64,000 nucleotides of DNA, taken from assembly GCA_963752285.1 (NCBI GenBank), contig CAVVXN010000001.1:512001-576000 (forward strand). The letters run 5' to 3'. The stretch's first letter is position 1; each line of letters starts with the position of its first letter. A program made the position numbers and the translations under genes. The stretch comes from an uncultured Planctomycetota bacterium. Its GTDB lineage: Bacteria > Planctomycetota > PLA2 > JAEUHO01. This document shows positions 43,031 through 52,270 of this stretch, piece after piece. The notes beneath the pieces are model-generated. The model was not told the DNA's origin and ran no database searches. It saw nothing but the letters and a program-made list of their open reading frames with translations.

Positions 43031-45904
43031 GTGGGGCAGACGTTCGACGCCGATCGCGATCTGACGGGCGAGGAGGTGGGGGGGCGGTACGTGCTCCTCG
43101 CGCGCATCTCCTCGAGCCCTCGCTCGTCGGTGTACCAGGCCCAGGACACCAAGCTCATGCGCCGCGTCGCCGTGCGCTTCCCGGGGCGCGAGGCGCTCGC
43201 GGCGGCGGGGTTCGCCGAGCGGTTCCAGCGGGTCGTCCGCTCGGTCTCGGACCTCCAGCACGACGGGCTCGTCGGCGTCGTGGACTTCGGCGAGCACGGC
43301 GAGCTCCCGTACGCCGTCGTCCACCACGTGGGGGGCGAGAGCCTGGCCCAGCGCCTCGGGGCGAGGCAGGCCCCCCAGAGCCCGGCCGAGGTCGTCGCGT
43401 GGATCCACCCGGTCGCCGCCGCGCTCGACTACGTGCACGAGAAGGGCGAGGCGCACGGTGCCGTGGGGCCGAGGACGGTCCTCCTCGACAAGCCGCCCTC
43501 CACGCGGGCCTACCTGGCCGATTTCACCGTCCGCCGGGCGCTCAGCGACCAGCGACCCGACCCGAAGGACGATCAGCGCGGGCTCGCCGCCGCGGCCCTG
43601 GCCGCCCTCACGGGGAAGGCGCCGCTGGCCCCGGGCCAGACCGCGCCGTCGCTCTCCGGCGTCGTCCCCGACGCCGCCGCCAAGGCCCTGGCCCGGGCCC
43701 TCGACCCGGACCGCGCGAAGCGGTTCGAGAGCGCGGGCGCCTTCGCGGCGGCGTTCAGCTCGGGTCTCGCCGCCACATCCGCCACGCCGAAGGGCGGCGC
43801 GCCGAAGGGCGGCGCCAAGGCCGCGGCCAAGGGGGCGCCGATGGCGACGGTGTCGGACTCCGACACCCTCGGCTTCGGCCGGCCGCGGCCGGCCGCGGCG
43901 GAGGCCCCCGCGCCCGCCCCCGCGGGCGACGGGGACCCGCACGCGACGCGCGGCATCGTCATGCGCGGGCGCAAGAAGAGCAGCATGCCGATGGTGCTCC
44001 TCCTCGTGGTGCTGGTCGTGGGGGCGATCGCGTTCGTCGCCGTCCAGAACGGGGGCAGCGGGAACCAGCAGAAGAAGGTGGACGACAACGTCGCCCCGAC
44101 GCTCAAGGTCGTCCAGCCGGTGGACGGCTTCCGCACGAACGCGCCCGACGCCACGGTCGCGGGCACCTGCGACGATCCGAAGGCCATCCTCACCGTGGAC
44201 GACGCGACGGTTCCCATTCAGCCGGACGGGACGTTCCGCACGGTCACTCGCATCCCCAAGGAGGGCGAGCAGACGATCCGCGTGAAGGCGACCGACCAGG
44301 CCGGGAACGCCACCCTCCAGACGGTGAGCGTCGTGCGCGACTCCAAGCCGCCGACGCTGACCATGCTCGGGCCCGACGCGAAGACCCTCATGACGCCCAC
44401 GACGGCGCCCACGATCACGGTCGAGGGCCAGGTCGGCGAGCCGGACGCCGAGGTCGAGGTCGCCGGCCAGAAGGTGACCGTGGACCCCGACGGCAAGTTC
44501 AAGGCCGAGGTCGAGATCCCCGACGACGGCGCGAACACGATCACGATCGTGGCGCGCGACGACCTGGGCAACGAGTCGAAACAGCAGGTGGTGGCCCATC
44601 GGCGGCTGGTCATCTGCTGCGACACGCTCGCCATCACCTCGCCGCTCGACGGGACGGCGACCCGGGAGTCGTCCATCGAGGTGACGGGGCTCATGGAGGA
44701 CCCGCGCGCGAGCGTGAAGGTGAACGGCCAGGCCGTGACCGTCGGACGCGACGGCGTGTTCCGGGGCACGGTGCCGCTCGAGGGGGAGGGCGAGCACGAG
44801 ATCGTCGTGGAGGCCTCCGACCCGAAGGGCCACCACGGGACCGCGCGCGTGCGCATCACCCGAGACCTGACCCCTCCCGTACTCCAGATCACCGAGCCGA
44901 AGTTCTGGGTCCGCAACGCGGATCGCGTCCTCGGGACGTCGTCGGGTCCGCTCAACCTGAGCGGGACGGTGGCGGACGGGACACGGTGCAGCCTGTACGT
45001 GAACGGGCTGCTCGGGAGCGTGACGGGGAAGACGTGGAACGCCACGATCAACCTCTCCGTCGGGGAGCAGCTCGTGAACATCTGGGCCGTGGACGCGGCG
45101 GGGAACCGCTCGGACCCCCTCGTGTTCAAGGTCACGATCCCGCGCGCCACCATCTCGGGTCTCACCTACAAGGGCGAGAACGAGAAGGGGTATCAGGAGT
45201 TCACGCTCGACAAGGACCCGACCGTCGTGCTCGTCCTCGTCCCCGAGGGCGGGTACGTGCGTGGCGGCATGATCGGCGACCCCGACGTGCAGCCCGACGA
45301 GATGCCCCAGCAGCGCATCATCATCGGGGCGTTCCTCGTCGCGAAGGGCGAGACGACGTGGTCCCAGTACCTCCGGTTCTGCAAGGACAGTGGCCACGCG
45401 CTCCCTCCGGGCGTGGAGGAGAAGGGTCTGCTCCTCGACCACCCCGTGAACCAAGTCACGTTCGACGACGCCATGGCCTACTGCAAGTGGGCCGGACTGC
45501 GACTCCCCACCGAGAGCGAATGGGAGCGGGCCGTCCGCTTCCGTTCCGAGGACACGATCTGGCCGTGGGGGTCCAAGTGGGACCCGAAGGCGGCGAACAT
45601 GGCCGGCATCCGCGGCAACACCACTTCCGTGTCCGCGTACCCCGCGACCGGCGACCTGCTCCTCCTCGACGCGGCGGGCAACGTGTCCGAGTGGTGCGCG
45701 GACTGGTACGCCGCGGACGCCTACAGCGAGATGCCCGTGAAGGATCCGCAGGGCCCGAAGAGCGGGACGAAGCGCGTCGTCCGCGGCGGGAGCTGGCGTG
45801 ACAAGTCGGAGCGCGGCCGCTGCTCGGACCGGGAGGGCGAAGATCCCTCGGCCCGTTCGAACTGGATCGGCTTCCGCGTGGCGGCGAGCGTGGGCGCGAA
45901 GTGA
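43031..45904 (+). CDS. pseudokinase + TM + Ig-like repeats + FGE-sulfatase (SUMF1) domain protein
   Basis: Degenerate kinase N-terminus; TM; four ~90-aa beta-rich repeats; RLPTESEWE, GNVSEW, RGGSW, IGFR. Confidence 0.85.
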   Translation: MGQTFDADRDLTGEEVGGRYVLLARISSSPRSSVYQAQDTKLMRRVAVRFPGREALAAAGFAERFQRVVRSVSDLQHDGLVGVVDFGEHGELPYAVVHHVGGESLAQRLGARQAPQSPAEVVAWIHPVAAALDYVHEKGEAHGAVGPRTVLLDKPPSTRAYLADFTVRRALSDQRPDPKDDQRGLAAAALAALTGKAPLAPGQTAPSLSGVVPDAAAKALARALDPDRAKRFESAGAFAAAFSSGLAATSATPKGGAPKGGAKAAAKGAPMATVSDSDTLGFGRPRPAAAEAPAPAPAGDGDPHATRGIVMRGRKKSSMPMVLLLVVLVVGAIAFVAVQNGGSGNQQKKVDDNVAPTLKVVQPVDGFRTNAPDATVAGTCDDPKAILTVDDATVPIQPDGTFRTVTRIPKEGEQTIRVKATDQAGNATLQTVSVVRDSKPPTLTMLGPDAKTLMTPTTAPTITVEGQVGEPDAEVEVAGQKVTVDPDGKFKAEVEIPDDGANTITIVARDDLGNESKQQVVAHRRLVICCDTLAITSPLDGTATRESSIEVTGLMEDPRASVKVNGQAVTVGRDGVFRGTVPLEGEGEHEIVVEASDPKGHHGTARVRITRDLTPPVLQITEPKFWVRNADRVLGTSSGPLNLSGTVADGTRCSLYVNGLLGSVTGKTWNATINLSVGEQLVNIWAVDAAGNRSDPLVFKVTIPRATISGLTYKGENEKGYQEFTLDKDPTVVLVLVPEGGYVRGGMIGDPDVQPDEMPQQRIIIGAFLVAKGETTWSQYLRFCKDSGHALPPGVEEKGLLLDHPVNQVTFDDAMAYCKWAGLRLPTESEWERAVRFRSEDTIWPWGSKWDPKAANMAGIRGNTTSVSAYPATGDLLLLDAAGNVSEWCADWYAADAYSEMPVKDPQGPKSGTKRVVRGGSWRDKSERGRCSDREGEDPSARSNWIGFRVAASVGAK

Positions 45905-45922
45905 GCGACCGGCGAGCGCCCT

Positions 45923-46600
45923 CTACTGCAGGAACTGCGACTCGAGCCCGCCCAGGTCGTCCACGTACCACGCGCTCGTCTGGTGGTAGTTCCGCACGTC
46001 GCTCGCGGGGATCCGCTGCTCGCTCCGCGCGCCGTTCGGGTCCTGGCGATACCAGACCACGTACGAGCCGTCGGACTGCCGGTCGGCCCCGAAGAGCGGG
46101 TCGCTCGTGAAGCCCCAGTAGGGCTCCGCCTGGCCGTTCACCGAGAGCTCCCACTTCGTCAGGCGCACCATCTGCAAGTTCGCGGACCGCGCGAGCGGGC
46201 CCCCGGAGGTGACGACCGTGGCCATCACGCGGTCGGGCCCCGTCGGCTGGGTCTGGCGCACGATCGCGGTCTGGAGGAGGTTCTCCGCCGCACGCACCCG
46301 CGGGTCGTTCCGGTAGGCCTGGCGGGCCGCGGTGTAGTCGGCGAGGTCGATCGTGCGGCCGGCCTGCTGGCCCAGGCGTCGCTTGAGGTCGGGGCTCAGG
46401 ATGTCCCACTCGCCCGCGGGGTCGCCCCGCCGCGCGAACTGCTTGAACATCTCCACCGTGCCGGCCGGAGTCTCGCGGCTGGGCGGGGCGGCCTGCCGCG
46501 GCGAGAAGCAACCCCCGAGCGCCAGAGCGCCGAGGAGCCCGAAGACGACGTGGACTCGCACGAGAAGCCTCCCGTCCCGCCCCGCAGGGGGGCTCACCAC
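45923..46600 (-). CDS. hypothetical lipoprotein
   Basis: Lipobox-like LALGG^C after a hydrophobic stretch; exact start uncertain. Confidence 0.65.
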   Translation of the reverse strand: MVSPPAGRDGRLLVRVHVVFGLLGALALGGCFSPRQAAPPSRETPAGTVEMFKQFARRGDPAGEWDILSPDLKRRLGQQAGRTIDLADYTAARQAYRNDPRVRAAENLLQTAIVRQTQPTGPDRVMATVVTSGGPLARSANLQMVRLTKWELSVNGQAEPYWGFTSDPLFGADRQSDGSYVVWYRQDPNGARSEQRIPASDVRNYHQTSAWYVDDLGGLESQFLQ

Positions 46601-46661
46601 AGCCTACCCACAGATCGCCACGGCCGACAGCGTGCCGGCGGGGGGGCCGAAGTGCCCGCCG

Positions 46662-47147
46662 TCAGTCGCCCTCGGCATCCTCCGGGGCGGCGCCTTGGCC
46701 CTCGCGCTCCGGGTGCGCTCCGCGGGGGAACGAGGCCTCGAGCCCCTGCGAGAGGGCCGCGCGGTCCGCGTCCGAGAGGCGGGCGTCGGGGTGGAGGAGC
46801 AGGTAGTTGGAGGGGGGCATGTCTCCCGACCTCACCTCCTCGGCGGCGTCGTCGGCGTGCCGCTGGGGCTGGTCGAATCGCGAGAAGTTGAGGTGGCGGC
46901 GCCCCTCCTCGACGTCGTCCGTCACCAGCCAGGAGACCGGTGCGACCCAGGCGTACCACGGCCATCTCGTCTCGTTGCTGTGGCAGTCGAAGCAGGCCTT
47001 CCGGGCGAGGGCCTCCGTCGCCGGCGCGTTCCACGGGGGCCCCTTGACCACGGGGGGGTTCTTCGAGGGGCGGCCGAGGGGCAGCGCCTGGATCAAGACG
47101 GCCACGACGGCCAGCCCGATGAAGGTCCATTTCGCAAGGCGGCGCAT
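46662..47147 (-). CDS. haem-binding domain c-type cytochrome (Haem_bd)
   Basis: KACFDCHSNETRWPWYAWVAPVSW, LNFS, MPP..Y...HP; AGGAG RBS. Confidence 0.88.
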   Translation of the reverse strand: MRRLAKWTFIGLAVVAVLIQALPLGRPSKNPPVVKGPPWNAPATEALARKACFDCHSNETRWPWYAWVAPVSWLVTDDVEEGRRHLNFSRFDQPQRHADDAAEEVRSGDMPPSNYLLLHPDARLSDADRAALSQGLEASFPRGAHPEREGQGAAPEDAEGD

Positions 47148-47218
47148 GTCGGTCTCCTCCCGTGACGGCGGCGAACGCGCCCGCCCGTAGAATCCGCGGC
47201 GGGAGGGTTTGGACCCCC

Positions 47219-50200
47219 GTGCCCCTCGACGCGTTCCTCGACCCGAGCTGCGGCTGCCTCGTCCTGGCGAACGACTCGGACGTCTACGATACGGTGCTCC
47301 GGCGCGCCGTCGAGACGGCGAGCCTCTCGGACGGCCGGTCGCTCGTCCCGGTCCGGGGCGATCCCGCCGACCCCGACTCCGTGTTCGCCGACGAGACCCT
47401 CCGCGCGCTCGAGTGGGGGGTGGCGATGATCGTGGACCTCGTCGGTACGGTTCCCGACGTCTTCCGACTCGTCCGGTGGCACGCCCGCGCCCGCACCCGG
47501 AGCGTCCTGCTGCTCCGACGGGGCCGGACCGCGCTCCCCTTCGAGGTCCACGAGCTCCCGGTCCGGCCGTACGAGCCCAGCGACCTCGAGGGACGGCCCG
47601 CCACCCGCACCCGCGTCGCGACGTGGGCGAGCGCCGCGGCCGCAGCCCGCGCCGACGAGGGCCCTGCGAACGTCCGGCTCACGCGGCTCCGCGACGCGCT
47701 CGCGGTCCGGCGCCGTCGCGAGCAGAACGGCGTGTACGACGCTCTCGTCCTCGCCGACCGCGACGTGCTCGAGGGGAACGCGCCCGGCGCGCTCCGTGCG
47801 ATGGACCACGCGCTGGCCGCCGAGCCGACGGCGCCCGACCTGCTGCTGAGGACCGCGCTGCTCCTGCGCGAAGGCGCGCGCTACCCCGAGGCGGCGGAGC
47901 TCCTGGAGCGCGCCGTCCGCTCGGCGCCGGCGCGCGCCGCGTGCTGGCGGGAGCTCGGGATCGCGCGCGACCGCGCCGGCCTCCCCGGTGCCGAGGACGC
48001 GCTGCGCCGCGCGGTCGCGATCACGGAGGACTACGAGGCGCTCGTGTCCCTCGCGCTGCTTTGCGCGCGGAATGAGACGTCGGACGACGAGCCCGCGCGC
48101 CTCCTCGAGCGCGCCATCGACGTCGCCGAGGGCCAGCTGAACCTCGTTCTGCCCGCGCTCGTGCACCGCGCGGGCCGCGAGGGGCGCATCCGGCTGACGA
48201 ACCCCGAGCGAGAGCGCGTGCTCCGGGTGCTCGAGATCCGCGCCGGACAGGCGCTCGGGGACCCCGCCGAGGACGCACCCTGGAGCCACTTCGACGCGGC
48301 CCGCGCGCACCTCCTCCTGGGCGATGGCGCGGCCGCGCTCGCGGTCGTGAGCGCGGCGCGACCCCACCTGCACGCCGCCTGGAACGCCGACACCTTCGCC
48401 CGCAGCCTGGACGCGCTCGAGCGCGCGGGCGCCGGGGTCGGGCCGCTCCGTGAGGTCCTGGGCCTCCGCGCGCGCACCGTCCGGACCGTCGGGCCGGTCG
48501 TGCCCGTCCCGCCCCGCTTCACCGTGGCGGCGCGTCCGCCGGCGTGGTTCGCCGAGAACGTCCCGTGCATGGCGGCGTGCCCGGTCGGGACCGACGCCGG
48601 GGCGTACGTGCACCACCTCGCGGAGGGGCGCTACGCGGAGGCGTTCCACGCCGCGCGCGCGCCCAACCCCTTCGCCTCCGTGTGCGCGCGCGTGTGCGCC
48701 GCGCCGTGCGAGGACGCGTGCCGGCGCGGGCGCGTGGACGAGCCGGTGGCGATCCGGCCGCTCAAGCGGTTCCTGACCGAACGCTTCGGGGCCGAGAGCC
48801 CCGACAACCGCGTCGGACAGGTGCTGGCCGCGGACCGGGCGCCGTGCATCGAGGGCGAGGCGTACGGCAGTCACCTGAGGAAGATGGGGGGCCCCGCGCC
48901 GGGGACCGGACCGAAGGTCGTGATCGTCGGCGGCGGGCCCGCCGGGCTCGCGTGCGCGCACGACCTCGCGCTGCTCGGCTACCGGCCGACGGTGTTCGAG
49001 GCCTCGAACGCGCTCGGCGGGATGATCCGCCACGGGATCCCGGTGTACCGCTTGCCGCGCGAGCTCATCGACCGCGAGATCGACGAGATCCTCCGCCTGG
49101 GCGTCGAGGTCCGTCTCGAGTGCGCCCTCGGCCGCGACCGCACGCTCGAGAGCCTCCTCGCGTCCGAGTACGAGGCCGCGTTCCTCGCCTCCGGCGCGGG
49201 TCGGGGGCGATTCCTCGACGTGGAGGGCGCGGACCTCGACGGCGTCGTTCGCGCGATCGAGTACCTGATCAACGTGAACCGCGGCTACAAGGTCGAGCTC
49301 GGCCAGCGGGTCGTGGTGGTCGGCGGCGGGAACGTCGCGCTGGACGTCGCGCGCACGGCGCGCCGCGGACGCCCGCCGGCGGACGCCGGCGCCGGGCGCT
49401 CGCTCACGGATCTCGGCGGCGCGCTGCCCACGCGCTTCCTCCGGTCCGCCTTCCGCGGCGACGAACGCGAGGTCCACGTCGTCGCACGCCAGCCCATGGG
49501 CGGGTGGCCCGCGGAGCGGAGCGTGCACGGCGCCGAGGAGCTCATGGAGGCGCGTCGCGAGGGCGTCGTCTTCCATCCCCTGCGCGGTGTGCGCCGCATC
49601 CGGGGCGAAGACGGGCGCGTGGCGGGCGTCGAGCTCGCCGAGGTCGTGCAGATCCGCGACGCGTCCGGGCGGTACGCGCCGTCCTACGGCGCCCACGCCG
49701 CCGAGTCGATCGCCTGCGACACGGTGGTCCTCGCGGTCGGGCAGGAGCCGGAGCTCGACTACCTCGAGGGAACGCGCTCGCTCGCGCGCACGAAGGACGG
49801 GCTCGTCGAGGTGGACCGCGCGACGCTCGCGACGAGCCTGCCCGGCGTGTTCGCGGGCGGGGACGCCGCGTTCGGGCCGCGAACCCTGATCGAGGCCGTG
49901 GCCGACGGCAAGCGTGCGGCGCGCGGGATCCACGCCTTCCTCCGCTCGGCCGCCAGCGCCGGGCCGCCGGCGCGGCACGTCCGCTTCACGGAGGTCCCGC
50001 CGCGGGCGGTCCCCACCGAGGCGGGGTACGACGCGATCGAGCGCGTCGCGCCCCCGTCCTCGGGCCTCGACCGCCGGACGGGCATCGCGGAGGTGGAGTC
50101 GGGGTACGACGAGGCGGAGGCGAGGCGGCAGGCGGCCCGGTGCCTCGTCTGCCACGTACAGACCGTGTACGACGGCTCGCGGTGCATCGCCTGCGGCCGG

Positions 50201-50425
50201 TGCACCGACGTCTGCCCCTACGCGTGCCTCTCCTTCGTCCGGCCGGACGAGACGGACCTCCAGGGGATCGACCCCCGGGCCGTCGGGGGCGCCCCGGCCG
50301 AGGCCGTGTATCTCGTGAAGGACGAGGACCGCTGCATCCGCTGCGGCCTCTGCGCGGAGCGGTGCCCGACCGGCGCGATGACGATGGAGCGGCTCGAGAT
50401 GTCCGTGGCGGGTGTGGGCGGATGA
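47219..50425 (+). CDS. TPR-type N-terminal extension + GltD/NfnB-like FAD/NAD(P) oxidoreductase + 2x[4Fe-4S]
   Basis: PCMAACP, CARVCAAPCEDACRR, GGGPAG, GGGNVA, FAGGD, RCLVC, CIACGRCTDVCP, CIRCGLCAERCP. Start GTG 47219 (after TAGAAT and GGGAGG) or 47162. Confidence 0.88.
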   Translation: MPLDAFLDPSCGCLVLANDSDVYDTVLRRAVETASLSDGRSLVPVRGDPADPDSVFADETLRALEWGVAMIVDLVGTVPDVFRLVRWHARARTRSVLLLRRGRTALPFEVHELPVRPYEPSDLEGRPATRTRVATWASAAAAARADEGPANVRLTRLRDALAVRRRREQNGVYDALVLADRDVLEGNAPGALRAMDHALAAEPTAPDLLLRTALLLREGARYPEAAELLERAVRSAPARAACWRELGIARDRAGLPGAEDALRRAVAITEDYEALVSLALLCARNETSDDEPARLLERAIDVAEGQLNLVLPALVHRAGREGRIRLTNPERERVLRVLEIRAGQALGDPAEDAPWSHFDAARAHLLLGDGAAALAVVSAARPHLHAAWNADTFARSLDALERAGAGVGPLREVLGLRARTVRTVGPVVPVPPRFTVAARPPAWFAENVPCMAACPVGTDAGAYVHHLAEGRYAEAFHAARAPNPFASVCARVCAAPCEDACRRGRVDEPVAIRPLKRFLTERFGAESPDNRVGQVLAADRAPCIEGEAYGSHLRKMGGPAPGTGPKVVIVGGGPAGLACAHDLALLGYRPTVFEASNALGGMIRHGIPVYRLPRELIDREIDEILRLGVEVRLECALGRDRTLESLLASEYEAAFLASGAGRGRFLDVEGADLDGVVRAIEYLINVNRGYKVELGQRVVVVGGGNVALDVARTARRGRPPADAGAGRSLTDLGGALPTRFLRSAFRGDEREVHVVARQPMGGWPAERSVHGAEELMEARREGVVFHPLRGVRRIRGEDGRVAGVELAEVVQIRDASGRYAPSYGAHAAESIACDTVVLAVGQEPELDYLEGTRSLARTKDGLVEVDRATLATSLPGVFAGGDAAFGPRTLIEAVADGKRAARGIHAFLRSAASAGPPARHVRFTEVPPRAVPTEAGYDAIERVAPPSSGLDRRTGIAEVESGYDEAEARRQAARCLVCHVQTVYDGSRCIACGRCTDVCPYACLSFVRPDETDLQGIDPRAVGGAPAEAVYLVKDEDRCIRCGLCAERCPTGAMTMERLEMSVAGVGG

Positions 50426-50937
50426 GCGCGCCGCGGGACGAGTCCACGAGGCGCGCGCTGCTCTCGCGGGTGGCCGTGTGGGGCGCCGGCCTCGGCGTCG
50501 CCGGGCACGTGGTCGCCTGGACCAGCGCGCTGGCCCCGAAGGTCACGTACGAGCCCTCGCCGCGCCGGCGGATCGGCCGCCCCGACCGGTTTCCCGAGGG
50601 ACACACGTTCCTGCCCGACGAGCGCGTGTTCGTCCTCCGGCACGGCGCGTCCTTCCGCGTGCTGTCGGCCGTGTGCACCCACCTCGGGTGCACGGTGGGG
50701 GTGGAGGGAGAGGGCTATCACTGTCCCTGCCACGGGAGCCGCTTCGACGCGGAGGGGAAGAACACGGGCGGGCCCGCGCCGAGTCCCCTCGCCTGGCGTC
50801 CGGTCGTCCGGGGGCCGGGCGGCGTGCTCGTGGTGGACCTCTCGCGCGAGGTCGGTCCCCAAGTGACGCTCGAGGTGCCGCCGAGCGCACCGGCCGACGC
50901 GCCGCCGTCCGCCGCGCCGGAGGGCTCCGGAGGGTGA
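50422..50937 (+). CDS. Rieske [2Fe-2S] protein
   Basis: Tat-like TRRALL; CTHLGC and CPCHGSRF; GPAP; ATGA overlap. Confidence 0.92.
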   Translation: MSAPRDESTRRALLSRVAVWGAGLGVAGHVVAWTSALAPKVTYEPSPRRRIGRPDRFPEGHTFLPDERVFVLRHGASFRVLSAVCTHLGCTVGVEGEGYHCPCHGSRFDAEGKNTGGPAPSPLAWRPVVRGPGGVLVVDLSREVGPQVTLEVPPSAPADAPPSAAPEGSGG

Positions 50938-52259
50938 GCGGGGACGGGCGCTCCCCGGGGCCGCGGCCCTTCTGGACCCTGTTCCCGCGGACGCCGCGCG
51001 AGTCGTCGGACGCGGTCGTCCGAAACCTCGCCCTCCACGCGTTTCCCGCCCGCGTCACGAAGGCCTCGCTCTCGTGGATCGCGAGCGGGTGGCTCGGCGC
51101 GATCTCGCTCCACCTCTTCCTCGTGCTCTCGGCGACCGGGGTCCTCCTCCTCTTCGTCTACGTCCCGAGCGTCGAGCGCGCGTACGCCTCCGTCAAGGAC
51201 ATCGAGTTCACCGTGCGATTCGGCGCGTGGATCCGGGGGACGCACCGCGTCGCCGCGCACCTGATGGTGGTCGCCGTCGTGCTCCACATGGTGCGCGTGT
51301 TCCTCACCGGCGCGTACAAGCGCGAGGGGCCGCCGGGGTCGTTCCGTCCGCTCAACTGGTGGCTCGGGCTCGCGCTCCTCCTCGTCACGCTCGGTCTGTC
51401 GTTCACGGGGTATCTCCTGCCCTGGGACCAGCTCGCGTACTGGGCCGTCACCGTGGGCACGCGGATCGCGGCCGCCGTCCCCGTCGTCGGCGAAGGGGCC
51501 CGCCGGCTGCTCCTCGGCGGCGACGAGGTCGGCCAGGCGGCCCTCCTGCGCTTCTACGTGCTGCACGCGTTCGTGCTGCCGATGGTCGCGACGCTCCTCG
51601 CCGCGTGGCACTTCTGGCGGATCCGGAAGGACGGCGGCCTCGCCGCGGGCGCGCGCGTCGCGACCGAGGCGCGGCGCGCGACGGTCGCGAGCCCGCCGAC
51701 GGCGGGGAAGACGTACACCCTCCTCGGCGCCACCCAGGGCGGAACGGTCGAGTCGTTCGCGCCCGCGGCCCTGCTCGACCGAGAGAGCGTGCACGGCGTG
51801 CCCGCGCTGCCCCGCCGCGGCCTCGCCACGTTCCTCGCGGTGCTCGCGTTCACGAGCCTCGTCGGACTGCTCCTGCACGCGCCCCTCGAGGAGGCGGCCA
51901 ACGCCGCGGTCACGCCGAACCCGGCGAAGGCACCGTGGTACTTCCTCTGGCTCCAGGAGCTCGTGTCGATCCTGACGTTCCGCGTGGGCTCGTTCGTCGT
52001 GAACGGGACGCTCCTGGGAGGCATCGTCCTCCCCGGCGTGCTGCTCGCGCTCCTCGCGGCCTGGCCCCTCCTCGACAAGAGCCCCGCGGAGGCGGCGGGC
52101 GTGTGGTTCCACCCCTCGCGCCGCCGGCAGGTCCGCGTATTCCTGCTCGGCCTCGCGATCGTCGTCGTGCTGATGCTGATCGGCACGTTCTTCCGCGGAC
52201 CGCACTGGTCCTGGGTCTGGCCCTGGCGCGGCGCGCCCGCGCCGCCGTCTTGGGTCTGA
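50934..52259 (+). CDS. cytochrome b (b6 and subunit IV regions fused) of a Rieske/cyt b complex
   Basis: HRVAAHLMVVAVVLH, FTGYLLPWDQLAYWA, RFYVLH..WH, Qo-type PNPAKAPWYF. Confidence 0.92.
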   Translation: MSGDGRSPGPRPFWTLFPRTPRESSDAVVRNLALHAFPARVTKASLSWIASGWLGAISLHLFLVLSATGVLLLFVYVPSVERAYASVKDIEFTVRFGAWIRGTHRVAAHLMVVAVVLHMVRVFLTGAYKREGPPGSFRPLNWWLGLALLLVTLGLSFTGYLLPWDQLAYWAVTVGTRIAAAVPVVGEGARRLLLGGDEVGQAALLRFYVLHAFVLPMVATLLAAWHFWRIRKDGGLAAGARVATEARRATVASPPTAGKTYTLLGATQGGTVESFAPAALLDRESVHGVPALPRRGLATFLAVLAFTSLVGLLLHAPLEEAANAAVTPNPAKAPWYFLWLQELVSILTFRVGSFVVNGTLLGGIVLPGVLLALLAAWPLLDKSPAEAAGVWFHPSRRRQVRVFLLGLAIVVVLMLIGTFFRGPHWSWVWPWRGAPAPPSWV

Positions 52260-52270
52260 GGGCACCGGCC

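Noticed and set aside
41759..45801. 1231-aa (-) and 1304-aa (+) ORFs overlapping the FHA and pseudokinase genes
   Set aside because: Alternative-frame artefacts without domain motifs.
43031..45904. FGE domain as a DGR target or as the maturase for the sulfatase at 62687
   Set aside because: No reverse transcriptase or template repeat seen; the catalytic Cys pair is absent and the sulfatase lacks the Cys/Ser target.
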